Shown: in pieces, positions 49,233 to 58,979 of the stretch
Layout: the number at the start of each line of letters is the position of its first letter
How positions within the stretch are numbered: position 1 is the first letter of the stretch
NCBI GenBank assembly: GCA_963845065.1
Contig: CAWJQQ010000009.1
Coordinates: 32,001 to 96,000 of the forward strand
Length of the DNA: 64,000 nucleotides
From: Nitrospirota bacterium
GTDB lineage: Bacteria > Nitrospirota > UBA9217
Direction: 5' to 3'
Translations under genes and position numbers: made by a program
Notes under the pieces: generated by a model
What the model was told of the DNA's origin: nothing
The model's database searches: none
The model's input: the letters and a program-made list of their open reading frames with translations, nothing else

Positions 49233-49735
49233 GACCATAACCTCCTGAACATTGCGGCGAACAGAAAGCCGCTCGAGAACATTGCTATAACGAAGACCCA
49301 ACCTGCTAGTGCAAATTGGGCGCTACCGGTGAGAGCAACACCGCTCGTGCATCCACGAGCGAGCCTGCTGGCAAAGCCAAGGACCACGCCGCCGGTGAAT
49401 GCCGTGATCACACGTATTCCAATCGACATGCGCGCGGCCCTATCGAACTGGAACTTGAAGCCGCTGCTCAAGAGTACGCCAAGGAGCGCGCCGAGGAAAA
49501 GTCCGCTCACCAAAATGACGGTCCAGTCTTTGAAAGGAGACAATTCCAGGTATTTCGACAGATAGGAAAGAGTTGTGGTGTATGCGGGGAGTATTTCTTT
49601 CATGCCGGCGCCTGCAACGACAGTAAATGCTCGTGATGCACCGAGGCCCTGCCCTGCAAGTACAAAAGAAGCCAGAAGGGATAACCCGAGTCCCACTCCG
49701 GCCAGATAAGGAGACCAGAAACTTATTTTTTTCAT
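49229..49735 (-). CDS. YeeE/YedE-family subunit
   Basis: WSPYLAG, GLGAS, RLARGCTSG. Confidence 0.9.
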   Translation of the reverse strand: MKKISFWSPYLAGVGLGLSLLASFVLAGQGLGASRAFTVVAGAGMKEILPAYTTTLSYLSKYLELSPFKDWTVILVSGLFLGALLGVLLSSGFKFQFDRAARMSIGIRVITAFTGGVVLGFASRLARGCTSGVALTGSAQFALAGWVFVIAMFSSGFLFAAMFRRLWS

Positions 49736-49748
49736 AATTACCTCCCTG

Positions 49749-50003
49749 TTATTGAATTTGTTTCGCTGCTTGTTTCGAGCTTTGCATCAGGGCCTTCAGT
49801 GTTTCGATACAGAAGGGCTTCTCAAGATAGGCGAGAGCTCCCATCTTATAAACATATCGAATTACCCTTACATGATCGCGTTCATGGTCTCTTTTACAGT
49901 TCCTATGACCAAGGCATCGTACTTTTTCTGGATAAAATATACCTCAAGCCGCTGACGATCCTGCACCTTATCATCCATGACTAATATACGTGCGTCTTGC
50001 AAG
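49749..50003 (-). pseudogene. Response regulator receiver remnant
   Basis: ARILVMDD... stops ... MGALAYLEKPF. Confidence 0.55.
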
Positions 50004-50096
50004 GGAGTTTATTCCCCTGCGCAATGCACACAGTAGCTCATGCCAAAGGGCGGGGCGCAGTTCAATCCCACGCATATTGGGCAGCGCCAGATATTA

Positions 50097-50876
50097 TTAT
50101 TTTTTTGCAAAAGGCGGCGATGGAACATTTGCTCCGTGACATTCGGTACAATTTTGCTGAGCCGTGATCCCCACGTCCCTTGCGGGGGTCCAATCCGCTT
50201 TTGAGACATACTTACCGTCTTTCCAAGCATTCAGATCCTGGACGAGTTTGTAAGCAACACTTGCCGCGACGCGTGCGCACCGGTCTTTTCGTTCAGGGCT
50301 GGCAAGAGCATAGCCTGACTCCTTCATCCATTTCCCCACTGAAACATGACACAGGGGTGATTGGCTTATCGTCTGAATGATCTTTATTTTTTGTCTCGGC
50401 TCCTTGGGATTAAACACGGGTAGCGGTGACTCGGAATACCACTGAAGCATTTCCGATCCGATAAGCGCACCATTTTCGCAGGCCGGCCCGGCGATACGCG
50501 GGCCGATAATAGCATTACTGACGATATTTGCGCCCGCGTTGGAACCACAGATCGTCCCCCATCCTGCCGTGCCGCCTTCAAGAAAAACAAAGGCGTCAAT
50601 CGGAAATGACTTATAGGGTTCACCAACTTTTCCCCTAAGTTGTCCAAAAACACTGCTAATGACAGCAGCGCCGCAGAAAACCCGGTACCATTCATTGTAG
50701 GCGATCTCTGCGGTCTTTTCCGGGTCGAGTTTAACATAAGGCCACGGCCATTTTTCCGTGGCTCCGCCCATGGCGTCCGCTTTGGATGACAATCCACTGA
50801 TTCCAACAAAAGCAAGGCCCGTTCCGAAAGTCCCTACCATGGTCAAAAGTTCTCTTCGTGTCACTTGTCCATTCAT
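50097..50876 (-). CDS. Split-Soret cytochrome c / C-GCAxxG-C-C family, Tat-exported
   Basis: TRRELL Tat motif; KWPWPY, GWGTICG, SPLCHVSV, RCARV, CTECH. Confidence 0.85.
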   Translation of the reverse strand: MNGQVTRRELLTMVGTFGTGLAFVGISGLSSKADAMGGATEKWPWPYVKLDPEKTAEIAYNEWYRVFCGAAVISSVFGQLRGKVGEPYKSFPIDAFVFLEGGTAGWGTICGSNAGANIVSNAIIGPRIAGPACENGALIGSEMLQWYSESPLPVFNPKEPRQKIKIIQTISQSPLCHVSVGKWMKESGYALASPERKDRCARVAASVAYKLVQDLNAWKDGKYVSKADWTPARDVGITAQQNCTECHGANVPSPPFAKK

Positions 50877-51267
50877 GTTTCTCTCCTTTCCAATATCAGA
50901 CTTGTCACGGCTAGATCTATCGCAGTTTATGCAACACCTTAGTGATCTCCTTGTCCTCCTTGTCAGTCCGGTTAACCTCTATAAGATTAAAAATTAGCAT
51001 GCCTTAACATATGACAAATTAATCAGGAATGAAGAAGCAAATAGTTACATTGTTGCTAAACATCTAAATTAATAGGTCAAAAAAAAAGCACTTTCCTCTT
51101 TCCTTTATGCGCCCCCCGACACATTAACGTATCATGTTGATCATGGTGGTCTGACATATGTTTCATGACCGAGTTGAAGTCAGCAAGAAAATAGGAGCGT
51201 ACAAAGCCGCTGTAAACTCGTGTTGAAGCACATCCAGTAAAAGCACAAAATCTATCTATATTTATAA

Positions 51268-51284
51268 AGCAAGGCGCATGCCAA
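51268..51284 (-). promoter_or_regulatory. Sigma-54 promoter upstream of the cytochrome/YeeE unit
   Basis: Minus strand TTGGCATGCGCCTTGCT, near-consensus GG-N10-GC. Confidence 0.75.
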
Positions 51285-51589
51285 TCTTTAACATGCTGAA
51301 ATCATGGAAAACTGCGCCGAATTTTATTTTGCAAAATTGCGAAAGGTCTTCAATAATTCTCTAAAATGCAAGGAAACATTGTTTGATATCGTGTTTGGTT
51401 TGTATGATGTGGTGTGACGGCGGAAAGAAATTGATTGAGTTTTGCCAGCATAGCCGAACCCCCGGGAGAAGCGGTACTCTCTACATCGAAGTTTGGTGCG
51501 GTGCACGTTTGAGACGAGCCGTTGATTGTATCTTGGAGATTATGCAGTTTTCACGGTTAAAACACACACTTCATTCGCAAGGCGTAGGT

Positions 51590-51681
51590 ATTCCGGTCCA
51601 ATTCAGGCAGTCATTCCGCTGCAATCCAGGCAGCTGTTCAGCTCCAAATCAGGCGCCCATTCCGGTCCAATTCAGGCACTT
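51590..51681. repeat. Four 23-bp tandem repeats, IS21-family end-like
   Basis: ATTCCGGTCCAATTCAGGCA and variants with a 23-nt period. Confidence 0.65.
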
Positions 51682-51793
51682 CTAACGCATGAAACAACGC
51701 TGGCATGATAATCCGACACATATATATAATGAAGAGACCCGCGACTCTTTCTATTACATATTTTGAAGGGATGTGTAGTGATTGCGCACATTC

Positions 51794-51802
51794 TGCTATA
51801 AT
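51794..51802 (+). promoter_or_regulatory. Extended -10 element (repeated at 52475-52483)
   Basis: TGCTATAAT about 90 bp upstream of each precursor gene. Confidence 0.5.
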
Positions 51803-51892
51803 TGTACCCATATATTTAAATCTTCACCAGTCATACCTGTGACAATGGCCATGTAGTGCACACTAACGGACAAGAAAGAGAGGAGGTGTATA

Positions 51893-52177
51893 ATGGATAC
51901 CCAGGAACTTAAAAAGTACTTGGCAGGGTTCGGTATAGCCGGCCTGATTGCTGGTGCAGCTCTCGCGCTTGGGCCTACTACGGGCAAAGCCGAAAGCAGC
52001 TGCACGGGCAATAAGGGTGGTACAGGCGTTACCACAAAAGATACTTCAACACAAAGCAGTTGCAGCGGATCGAAAGCTGCTCCGACCGCAGCACCGGCCC
52101 CGACAGGCAGCTGTACCGGCTCAAAAGCAAAGCCGGCCACACCAACTCCATCGGGCAGCTGCAGCGGCAGCAAATAG
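51893..52177 (+). CDS. sbtA: SbtA-type (selenobiotic / thio(seleno)oxazole) RiPP precursor, all-Cys copy
   Basis: MDxxELKKxLAG-type leader; four S-C-[ST]-G cores; upstream of the radical SAM gene. Confidence 0.85.
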   Translation: MDTQELKKYLAGFGIAGLIAGAALALGPTTGKAESSCTGNKGGTGVTTKDTSTQSSCSGSKAAPTAAPAPTGSCTGSKAKPATPTPSGSCSGSK

Positions 52178-52324
52178 TGCAGTTTGCACTATCAATGTTC
52201 CTGAAGCATGCCGGCGTGAGCCTCCGGCCATCAATGATTCATTCAGAACAAATAGGGAGATATGCAGTCCCGGGAGTGATGACTGGGTACAGTGATCATA
52301 CCCGGGACAACGTTTTTCAGAACC

Positions 52325-52445
52325 ATGCACTCGTTGGCAAACAAGAAACTTATGACTCCTACCGGGCAAGTCGTGCTGTGCTGGGCGTCGCAACATGGGG
52401 CCGTCTCTCCGCATCGCATGCTGATGCAGTCGCAGAAAATTGGCT
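52325..52445 (+). pseudogene. Frameshifted 5' fragment of the radical SAM maturase
   Basis: Aligns to 52996 onward (YRASRAVLGVATWGRLSA) with a 1-bp deletion near the start. Confidence 0.85.
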
Positions 52446-52573
52446 TTTCAATTTATGCATGAATTCACGCATTTTGCTATAATTGTGCACATATATTTAA
52501 ATCTTCGTCACTCATAACTGTGACAATGGCCATGTAGTGCACACTAACGTACCAGAAAGAGGGGAGGTGAATA

Positions 52574-52849
52574 ATGGATACCCAGGACCTTAAAAAGTAC
52601 TTGGCAGGGTTTGGCATAACCGGCCTGATTGCTGGTGCAGCGCTCACACTTGGGACTGGTATGGGATGTTCAAAAAGCAGCTGAACGGGTACTAAGGGTG
52701 GTACAGGCGTTACCACGAATGAGACTTCAACACAAAGCAGTTGCAGCGGATCAAAAGCTGCTCCGACCTCAACACCGACCCCGACAGGCAGCTGTACCGG
52801 CTCAAAAGCAAAGACGGGCATACCAGCTCCATCGAGCAGCAGCAAATAG
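52574..52849 (+). CDS. sbtA: Second SbtA-type precursor, predicted selenoprotein (UGA at codon 37)
   Basis: GGAGG RBS; collinear with 51893-52177 on both sides of TGA 52682-52684, which aligns to TGC; 91 aa with readthrough. Confidence 0.75.
52698..52716 (+). promoter_or_regulatory. Candidate bacterial SECIS hairpin
   Basis: GTGGT AC AGGC GT T ACCAC, starting 13 nt after the UGA. Confidence 0.55.
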
Positions 52850-52995
52850 TGCAGTTTGCACATCAATGTTCCTGAAGCATGCCGGCGTGAGCCTCCGGCC
52901 ATCGATGATTCATTCAGAACAAATATGGAGATATGCGGTCACGGGAGTGATGATTGGGTGAAGTGATCAAACCCGGGACAACGTTTTTCAGAACC

Positions 52996-54609
52996 ATGAA
53001 CCCGTTGACAAAAAAGAAACCTGATGACCCCTACCGGGCATGTCGTGCTGTGCTGGGCGTCGCAACATGGGGCCGTCTCTCCGCACAGTATGCTGATGCG
53101 CTTGCTGAACATTCATTATCGGCTGCATTGTCGCAGGCCGGCAAGGATCGGTTTCCCGAATTCCTCTCTGCGCTTGCCCGCCTCGAGGAGATCGCCGGCA
53201 TTGTCAAAAAGGGCAAGGCCTCCCTCCCGAAGGAAGTAAGCCGGCCCCTGATTAACCCGACAATTCAGATCATCGAGCTGCCCTGGAAGAACATGGCCTC
53301 TTTCCTTGATCCTAATCGGCATATTTCCGCTATCAATCCTGTTCGAGCAGACGAACGCGTTTTGATTTGGTATGATCCGTCGACCGAGCTTGTGTCGGCG
53401 CGGCCGGTGAACGACGAAGATCTTCTGGTTCTCAAGATGATTTCGGAAGACATTCTGCCGGAGTCCATCGCTGTTCAGGGCGGCCTGCCGGTGGGGGCTG
53501 TCGATGCAGCGCTCTCTCGAGCCGCAGCAAGCGGCCTTCTTCTTTCACCGCTCTCCCGCATCCGGAGAGGTCCGGAGCGTTCTTTCCGCACTAATGGCAT
53601 CCCCGAACGGTATCTGTCGTCGCCTTCCTTCACGCTCCAGTGGCATGTCACACAAACCTGCGACCTGCATTGCAAACATTGCTATGATCGCAGCAGCCGC
53701 TCTCAGGTAAAGCTCGATCAGGCGATCCGCATCCTCGATGACCTCCGCATATTCTGTCAGAGCAAAAATGTTGCCGGTGCCATAGCTTTCACAGGAGGCA
53801 ACCCGCTGCTCCACCAGGATTTTACAGAGATTTACCGTGCAGCAGCGCATCGTGGTTTTTCCACTGCGATCCTCGGAAATCCCGCGCCTGCTGAGCGGAT
53901 AGCTGAGCTGATCGCGATCCAGATGCCGGCTTTCTACCAGGTCAGCCTGGAGGGGCTCCGGGAGCACAACGACGCCATCCGCGGAACAGGACATTTCGAC
54001 CGAGTCCTATCGTTCCTTGAGGTCTTGAAGAGGCTTAACGTATCATCCATGGTCATGCTTACGCTTACCAGCATGAATATCGACCAGGTAATACCCCTGA
54101 CCGAAACCCTGCACGGGAAGACGGACATCTTTCACTTCAACCGCCTCTCCATGGTCGGCGAAGGCACGCACCTCAGGCCGCCCGACGTCAGGCAGTACAA
54201 GACGTTTCTTTCATCCTATCTCAAAGCAGCCCGCACGAATCCTATCATGGGCATAAAAGACAATCTCATCAACATCATCCGCCGGGAACAGGGCGATACA
54301 CCCTTTGGCGGCTGTACCGGCTATGGCTGCGGCGCCGCCTTCAATTTCGTGAGCCTCCTTGCCGACGGTGAGGTGCACGCCTGCCGTAAATTCCCTTCGC
54401 TCATCGGCAACATCTATCACCAAAGCCTGGTAGAGATCTACGATTCGGACATTGCGCATCGCTATCGCACGGGCAGCGCAGCCTGTCGCTCCTGCACGCT
54501 TCATTTAGTCTGCGGAGGGTGTCTTGCCAGCGCCTATAGTCACCATCTTAATGTCTTTAAGGATAAAGACCCTTTTTGCTTCATGCCCGATATGGATGAT
54601 GATACATAA
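52996..54609 (+). CDS. sbtM: SbtM-type radical SAM/SPASM peptide maturase
   Basis: FTLQWHVTQTCDLHCKHCYDRS; CTGYGCGAAFNF; SPASM CxxCx5CxxC; ~200-aa N-terminal extension. Confidence 0.88.
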   Translation: MNPLTKKKPDDPYRACRAVLGVATWGRLSAQYADALAEHSLSAALSQAGKDRFPEFLSALARLEEIAGIVKKGKASLPKEVSRPLINPTIQIIELPWKNMASFLDPNRHISAINPVRADERVLIWYDPSTELVSARPVNDEDLLVLKMISEDILPESIAVQGGLPVGAVDAALSRAAASGLLLSPLSRIRRGPERSFRTNGIPERYLSSPSFTLQWHVTQTCDLHCKHCYDRSSRSQVKLDQAIRILDDLRIFCQSKNVAGAIAFTGGNPLLHQDFTEIYRAAAHRGFSTAILGNPAPAERIAELIAIQMPAFYQVSLEGLREHNDAIRGTGHFDRVLSFLEVLKRLNVSSMVMLTLTSMNIDQVIPLTETLHGKTDIFHFNRLSMVGEGTHLRPPDVRQYKTFLSSYLKAARTNPIMGIKDNLINIIRREQGDTPFGGCTGYGCGAAFNFVSLLADGEVHACRKFPSLIGNIYHQSLVEIYDSDIAHRYRTGSAACRSCTLHLVCGGCLASAYSHHLNVFKDKDPFCFMPDMDDDT

Positions 54610-54701
54610 GACCAAAATCTATGTTACAACCAGACGTATATATAGTTAAACCAGCAATATCCGGGAAAAACACATCGGTACAATTATAGCTCGTCATTCT
54701 A

Positions 54702-55106
54702 TTTCGCCCACAAAGTCGCGAACGCCTACATAAAAGATTACGGAACGATCATGGTTGAGGACCTAAAAATTAAAAAAACGGTCCAAAACTGTCATCTTGC
54801 CAAAAGTATTTCTGATGCGTCCTGGGGGAAATTCTTTGAGCTCCTGACCTACAAAGCGGAAGAAGCTGGTAGGGTAGGGGTCAAAGTGGCGCCCCACGGT
54901 ACGAGTCAGATTTATTCGAGCTGCGGCGAGAAAGTACCGAAGACACTCGCGGTACGAACTCACCACTGCCCCTATTGTGGTCTAGCGATGGACCGGGACC
55001 TAAACGCGTCCATCAATATTCTCCTGGCCGGGCAGGCCTGTCAGGCCTAACGCCATCAGTCGGTGTTGTCTGAGAAACCCCTGGATTCATCCATGGGGAG
55101 TGTCAA
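54702..55106 (+). mobile_element. C-terminal tnpB fragment with IS605 right end
   Basis: VEDL, SISDASW, TSQ, CPYCG, DRDLNAS; CCCCTGGATTCATCCATGGGGAGTGTCA. Confidence 0.85.
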
Positions 55107-55260
55107 CACCAGACCGCCTCTTATTTAAACGTCGTATATACAATAGAATTATATTGGTTAACGTTGATTATAGTAATTGGCATCTGTGGTCTATATATCT
55201 TTGGACCTCAGAGCCATCCGGTAAATTGATTTTCATTTCTATATTATTTGATGTAATATA

Positions 55261-57273
55261 ATGGATATGAAATTCAAGGTTTCGGAAACATATGCCGAAA
55301 TATTAAGCGACTTGAACGAGACTTCTTTTTCGACATTCATGCAAAGTTTTTTCAACGGCGACCGTACCGCCCACCTGTTTTTACTTGATGCAAACAAGGA
55401 ACAGATCATTAAGCGCTTCGTTGATCAATTCACCTCGACAACTTCTCTCAAGAACCTGCCTGACTATTTACCGAATGATGAATTGAAGGCGTTAAGAAGA
55501 ATTATCAGGAATAATGGTTTTTTGCCCGAGTCAAATAAACACTTTCCAGAACGAAGCACCATTGACGGTCTTCGGGCTAAGAGGCTTGCATTCGAAGTTA
55601 AGGTCGCTGATTCGGCCGGTATCGTTGTGCCTCTTGAAATCTGCCTGGGTTTGCCTTTTGATCATGATGGGAACGAACGATCGCTCCTCATGGCAATGAA
55701 CCGCTATTCCTCAGACATTATCAAGCTCATGGCCTCACACTTGGGGATTTATAATTACGCCAAAATGAATAAAGTCAGTCTCGCAGCCGTTGTTTACAAA
55801 ACTATTCTAGAAAACCAGGTTCGCTTCAGCCAGGAACTTACGGACCTTCAGAAAAAGGTATTCAGAATAATCTTTAAATTCCACGGTGTGGCAACTAATA
55901 AGGAACTCGCGGCTTGGGGCGCGTCCCATGGAATGAAAGAAGCAAAAAACCAAAGAAACTGGTACAGCGGCAATTCATTTTTGAATTATCTCGGTTCGGG
56001 ACCAGACCGCAATGTGGACTATCTTTCCGAAATTGAGAAGGCACTGCTTGTGCCCGTATTGCGCGGGCTGGCATGCGTCTCTTTTCGTGTGAAGTATGAT
56101 GACTACTGGCATTATTTCATCCCCTCCGAGGTCTTCTCTTTACTGGCAGAAGACTTTTTTAGAGAAATGGATGAGAAGAGAATTGCGATCGAGAGCAAGA
56201 TGTTTGCCGACGCTCCCGATTCTTATGTCTCTTACTCCGGCAGGATAGCTGAAGATATTATTAAGGTCCAGATAGCCTCCGCTTGCGGTTTGGTAGAATT
56301 TATAAAAACCAGTCTTGAATTTAAAAAAAAATCGATAGCGGATCTATCCACAATGCTGAATGCGGATGAGCACTATATGGCCAGACTTCTCTTACTGGTC
56401 GGTTATCATCCCGGCGGCTTGAATAGCATTAACTATGATGCGATTGACCTGCTCAGGACGCACATCCTTAGTCAAAAATTCAACATTGCGTTGTTGCCGA
56501 GTCTTAAGCCTTTGCGGGAATGGATGCATATGGATCATCTTGCGCACTATCTTCTTAACCATCGGAGTCTCTATTTGCATACAACATCTCAGGAAACGAA
56601 CCATGTCGAAAACCTGCTGCAAGAGTTCTACCTGCTTGGATTAGTGGATATTTCCCCGGATGGTAAAAAAGTACGTGTCACAGAACTAGTATCCGCACTT
56701 CTTGAAGCGCATTCTGTAAAGCCTGCGGCACCCATAAAAGGTGACAGCAAGCCCCTTCTGTCTCAGCCTAATCTTGAATTACTCATCCCCTATAACGCCG
56801 ATGTAAAGATTCTGAGGAAGCTCTCCGAATTTTCGGACCTGACTGTGCTCGACAGAATGCTTCACTATTCGTTGACGAAGAAAAGTCTGATGCGAGGACT
56901 GGATAAGGGATGGGACGTAAAGGCTGTGCTCCCTTTTCTATCGTCAATTTGCGCAAAGGATATCCCCAAAACCGTTCAGATTTTTATTGAAACCAGTTTA
57001 AGCAAACAGGGAGAGGCGCTGGTCATGCTTTCTTCGACGCTGATACGGTGCAAGGGGCTCGGGTTGAAGGAAAAAATCTTGTCCATAAAAGGGTTGAAGG
57101 CGGAGGCCCTTGAAGGCACAGAGGATTATCTTTCCCTTAACGAGGTGTCGCCTGAAGATGCGTTAAGGATACTGAAAAAAAACGGCGTTTTTGCTGAGAT
57201 ATCCGCGGAGAACAACAGGATGAGCGTGGGTTATGGGAAGTCAGTTGGAGAAATGCATAAGCAAAGAACTTAG
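55261..57273 (+). CDS. XPB-associated protein with a helicase-associated C-terminal domain
   Basis: QPNLELL...YSLTKKSLMRG...IPKTV; directly upstream of XPB. Confidence 0.75.
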   Translation: MDMKFKVSETYAEILSDLNETSFSTFMQSFFNGDRTAHLFLLDANKEQIIKRFVDQFTSTTSLKNLPDYLPNDELKALRRIIRNNGFLPESNKHFPERSTIDGLRAKRLAFEVKVADSAGIVVPLEICLGLPFDHDGNERSLLMAMNRYSSDIIKLMASHLGIYNYAKMNKVSLAAVVYKTILENQVRFSQELTDLQKKVFRIIFKFHGVATNKELAAWGASHGMKEAKNQRNWYSGNSFLNYLGSGPDRNVDYLSEIEKALLVPVLRGLACVSFRVKYDDYWHYFIPSEVFSLLAEDFFREMDEKRIAIESKMFADAPDSYVSYSGRIAEDIIKVQIASACGLVEFIKTSLEFKKKSIADLSTMLNADEHYMARLLLLVGYHPGGLNSINYDAIDLLRTHILSQKFNIALLPSLKPLREWMHMDHLAHYLLNHRSLYLHTTSQETNHVENLLQEFYLLGLVDISPDGKKVRVTELVSALLEAHSVKPAAPIKGDSKPLLSQPNLELLIPYNADVKILRKLSEFSDLTVLDRMLHYSLTKKSLMRGLDKGWDVKAVLPFLSSICAKDIPKTVQIFIETSLSKQGEALVMLSSTLIRCKGLGLKEKILSIKGLKAEALEGTEDYLSLNEVSPEDALRILKKNGVFAEISAENNRMSVGYGKSVGEMHKQRT

Positions 57274-57305
57274 AGCAAAAAGAAACCAAATAGAAATCTA
57301 TTCGA

Positions 57306-58979
57306 ATGAACTATAACCAAAACAATCCCCTTATCATTCAGTCTGATATGACCATGCTGCTTGAGGTCGATTCGCCTTTCTACGAAGAGGTGCGGGACGC
57401 GGTGGCGCCCTTTGCGGAGATCATCAAGAGTCCTGAACACGTGCATACCTATCGCATCACGCCCATATCCCTCTGGAACGCCGCGTCTTCCGGCATGAGC
57501 CCGGAAGCTGTTAGGGAAAGACTTCTTCAGTTCAGCAGATACGAAGTCTCTCATAACCTCCTTGTGGAAATCAAGGATATCATGGGTAGGTTCGGGCAAG
57601 TGAGAATCGAAAGCCATGAGGAAACCATGCTGGCGATCGTCACGGAAGACCCGCTTCTCATGGAGCAACTTTATCATACCGATGCGGTGCGGGAACTCCT
57701 TGCAGAACGGATCGGACCGAAGTCCGCTTCTTTTAAGGCGATCAACAGAGGACTTATCAAGCAAGCCATGATTAAGATAGGGTATCCCGCGGTGGATGCG
57801 GCTGGTTATGCGGAGGCGATGCCACTCGATATTTCACTCAGGCAAAGCGACCTGTTTACCGTGCGACCCTATCAAATCATGGCGCGAGACGCGTTCTACA
57901 AAGGTGGTTCCGCCCTTGGCGGCAACGGCGTCGTGGTTCTTCCTTGCGGGGCCGGGAAGACGGTTGTGGGCATGGCGATCATGGACCTGATCAAATCCCA
58001 TACTTTGATACTCACTACCGGCATTACCGCAGTCAGGCAGTGGAAGCGTGAGCTTATCGAAAAAATGAATATAAACCCCGAGGATGTAGGAGAATATAGC
58101 GGAGAGATCAAGGAAATCCGGCCCGTAACCATAACGACCTACCAGATCATGACCCATAGAAAGAATCGTGAGTACGAATTCAGGCATTTTGAGGCTGTCA
58201 ATGATCATGCTTGGGGCTTGCTGATTTATGACGAAGTACATTTGTTACCGGCCCAAGTTTTTCGGTTCACCTCATCGCTGCAAGCGATACGAAGACTCGG
58301 CTTAACCGCAACGCTAGTTCGGGAGGATGGTAGAGAGGAAGATGTCTTCTCCCTGATCGGCCCAAAATGTTATGATGTCCCTTGGAAGGTGATAGAAAAA
58401 CAAGGTTTTATTGCCGAGGCGGAATGTTTCGAGATCAGGACGGACATCAAGGGAGACGCGCGGTTCGCCTACGTGTCTGCTGAACAGCGGCAGCGCTTCC
58501 GTGTAGCTTCTGAAAATCCCGGCAAGAACCCTATCATACGGAAACTCGTTTCCAGACATCAAGACGATAAGGTCTTGATCATCGGTCAATACCTCGGTCA
58601 GTTGCATACAATAGCGTTGAATGTGGGGGCGCCGATTATCACCGGTAAGACTACGCAACTCGAGCGTGAGGATTTGTATCATCGTTTCAGGGATGGGGCG
58701 CTATCTGTGCTGGTGGTATCGTCGGTCGCCAATTTTGCCATCGACCTTCCGGATGCGTCGGTTGCCATTCAAGTATCGGGGAAATTTGGTTCGCGCCAGG
58801 AAGAGGCTCAGAGATTAGGCCGAATTCTGCGACCAAAATCGGACTCGCGGGGCGCGCGGTTTTATACTATCGTGACGAGAGACACGGAAGAACAGGATTT
58901 TGCGCTCAAACGACAACTCTTTCTGACGGAGCAGGGGTATAATTACACCATCCTGAACGAGGATGAGATCGATGCTTAG
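57306..58979 (+). CDS. DNA repair helicase XPB (Rad25/Ssl2 family)
   Basis: KSPEHVHTYRITPISLWNA, LPCGAGKT, DEVH, TATLVRED, QRLGR. Confidence 0.95.
   Translation: MNYNQNNPLIIQSDMTMLLEVDSPFYEEVRDAVAPFAEIIKSPEHVHTYRITPISLWNAASSGMSPEAVRERLLQFSRYEVSHNLLVEIKDIMGRFGQVRIESHEETMLAIVTEDPLLMEQLYHTDAVRELLAERIGPKSASFKAINRGLIKQAMIKIGYPAVDAAGYAEAMPLDISLRQSDLFTVRPYQIMARDAFYKGGSALGGNGVVVLPCGAGKTVVGMAIMDLIKSHTLILTTGITAVRQWKRELIEKMNINPEDVGEYSGEIKEIRPVTITTYQIMTHRKNREYEFRHFEAVNDHAWGLLIYDEVHLLPAQVFRFTSSLQAIRRLGLTATLVREDGREEDVFSLIGPKCYDVPWKVIEKQGFIAEAECFEIRTDIKGDARFAYVSAEQRQRFRVASENPGKNPIIRKLVSRHQDDKVLIIGQYLGQLHTIALNVGAPIITGKTTQLEREDLYHRFRDGALSVLVVSSVANFAIDLPDASVAIQVSGKFGSRQEEAQRLGRILRPKSDSRGARFYTIVTRDTEEQDFALKRQLFLTEQGYNYTILNEDEIDA

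Noticed and set aside
51590..51681. Possible CRISPR arrays (also 18360-18455)
   Set aside because: Units are contiguous with no unique spacers and no cas genes; better explained as IS-end repeats.
52477..52961. ORF-track calls 52477-52902 (-) and 52629-52961 (+), and similar ones at 51796-52482
   Set aside because: Shadow frames of the two precursor genes.
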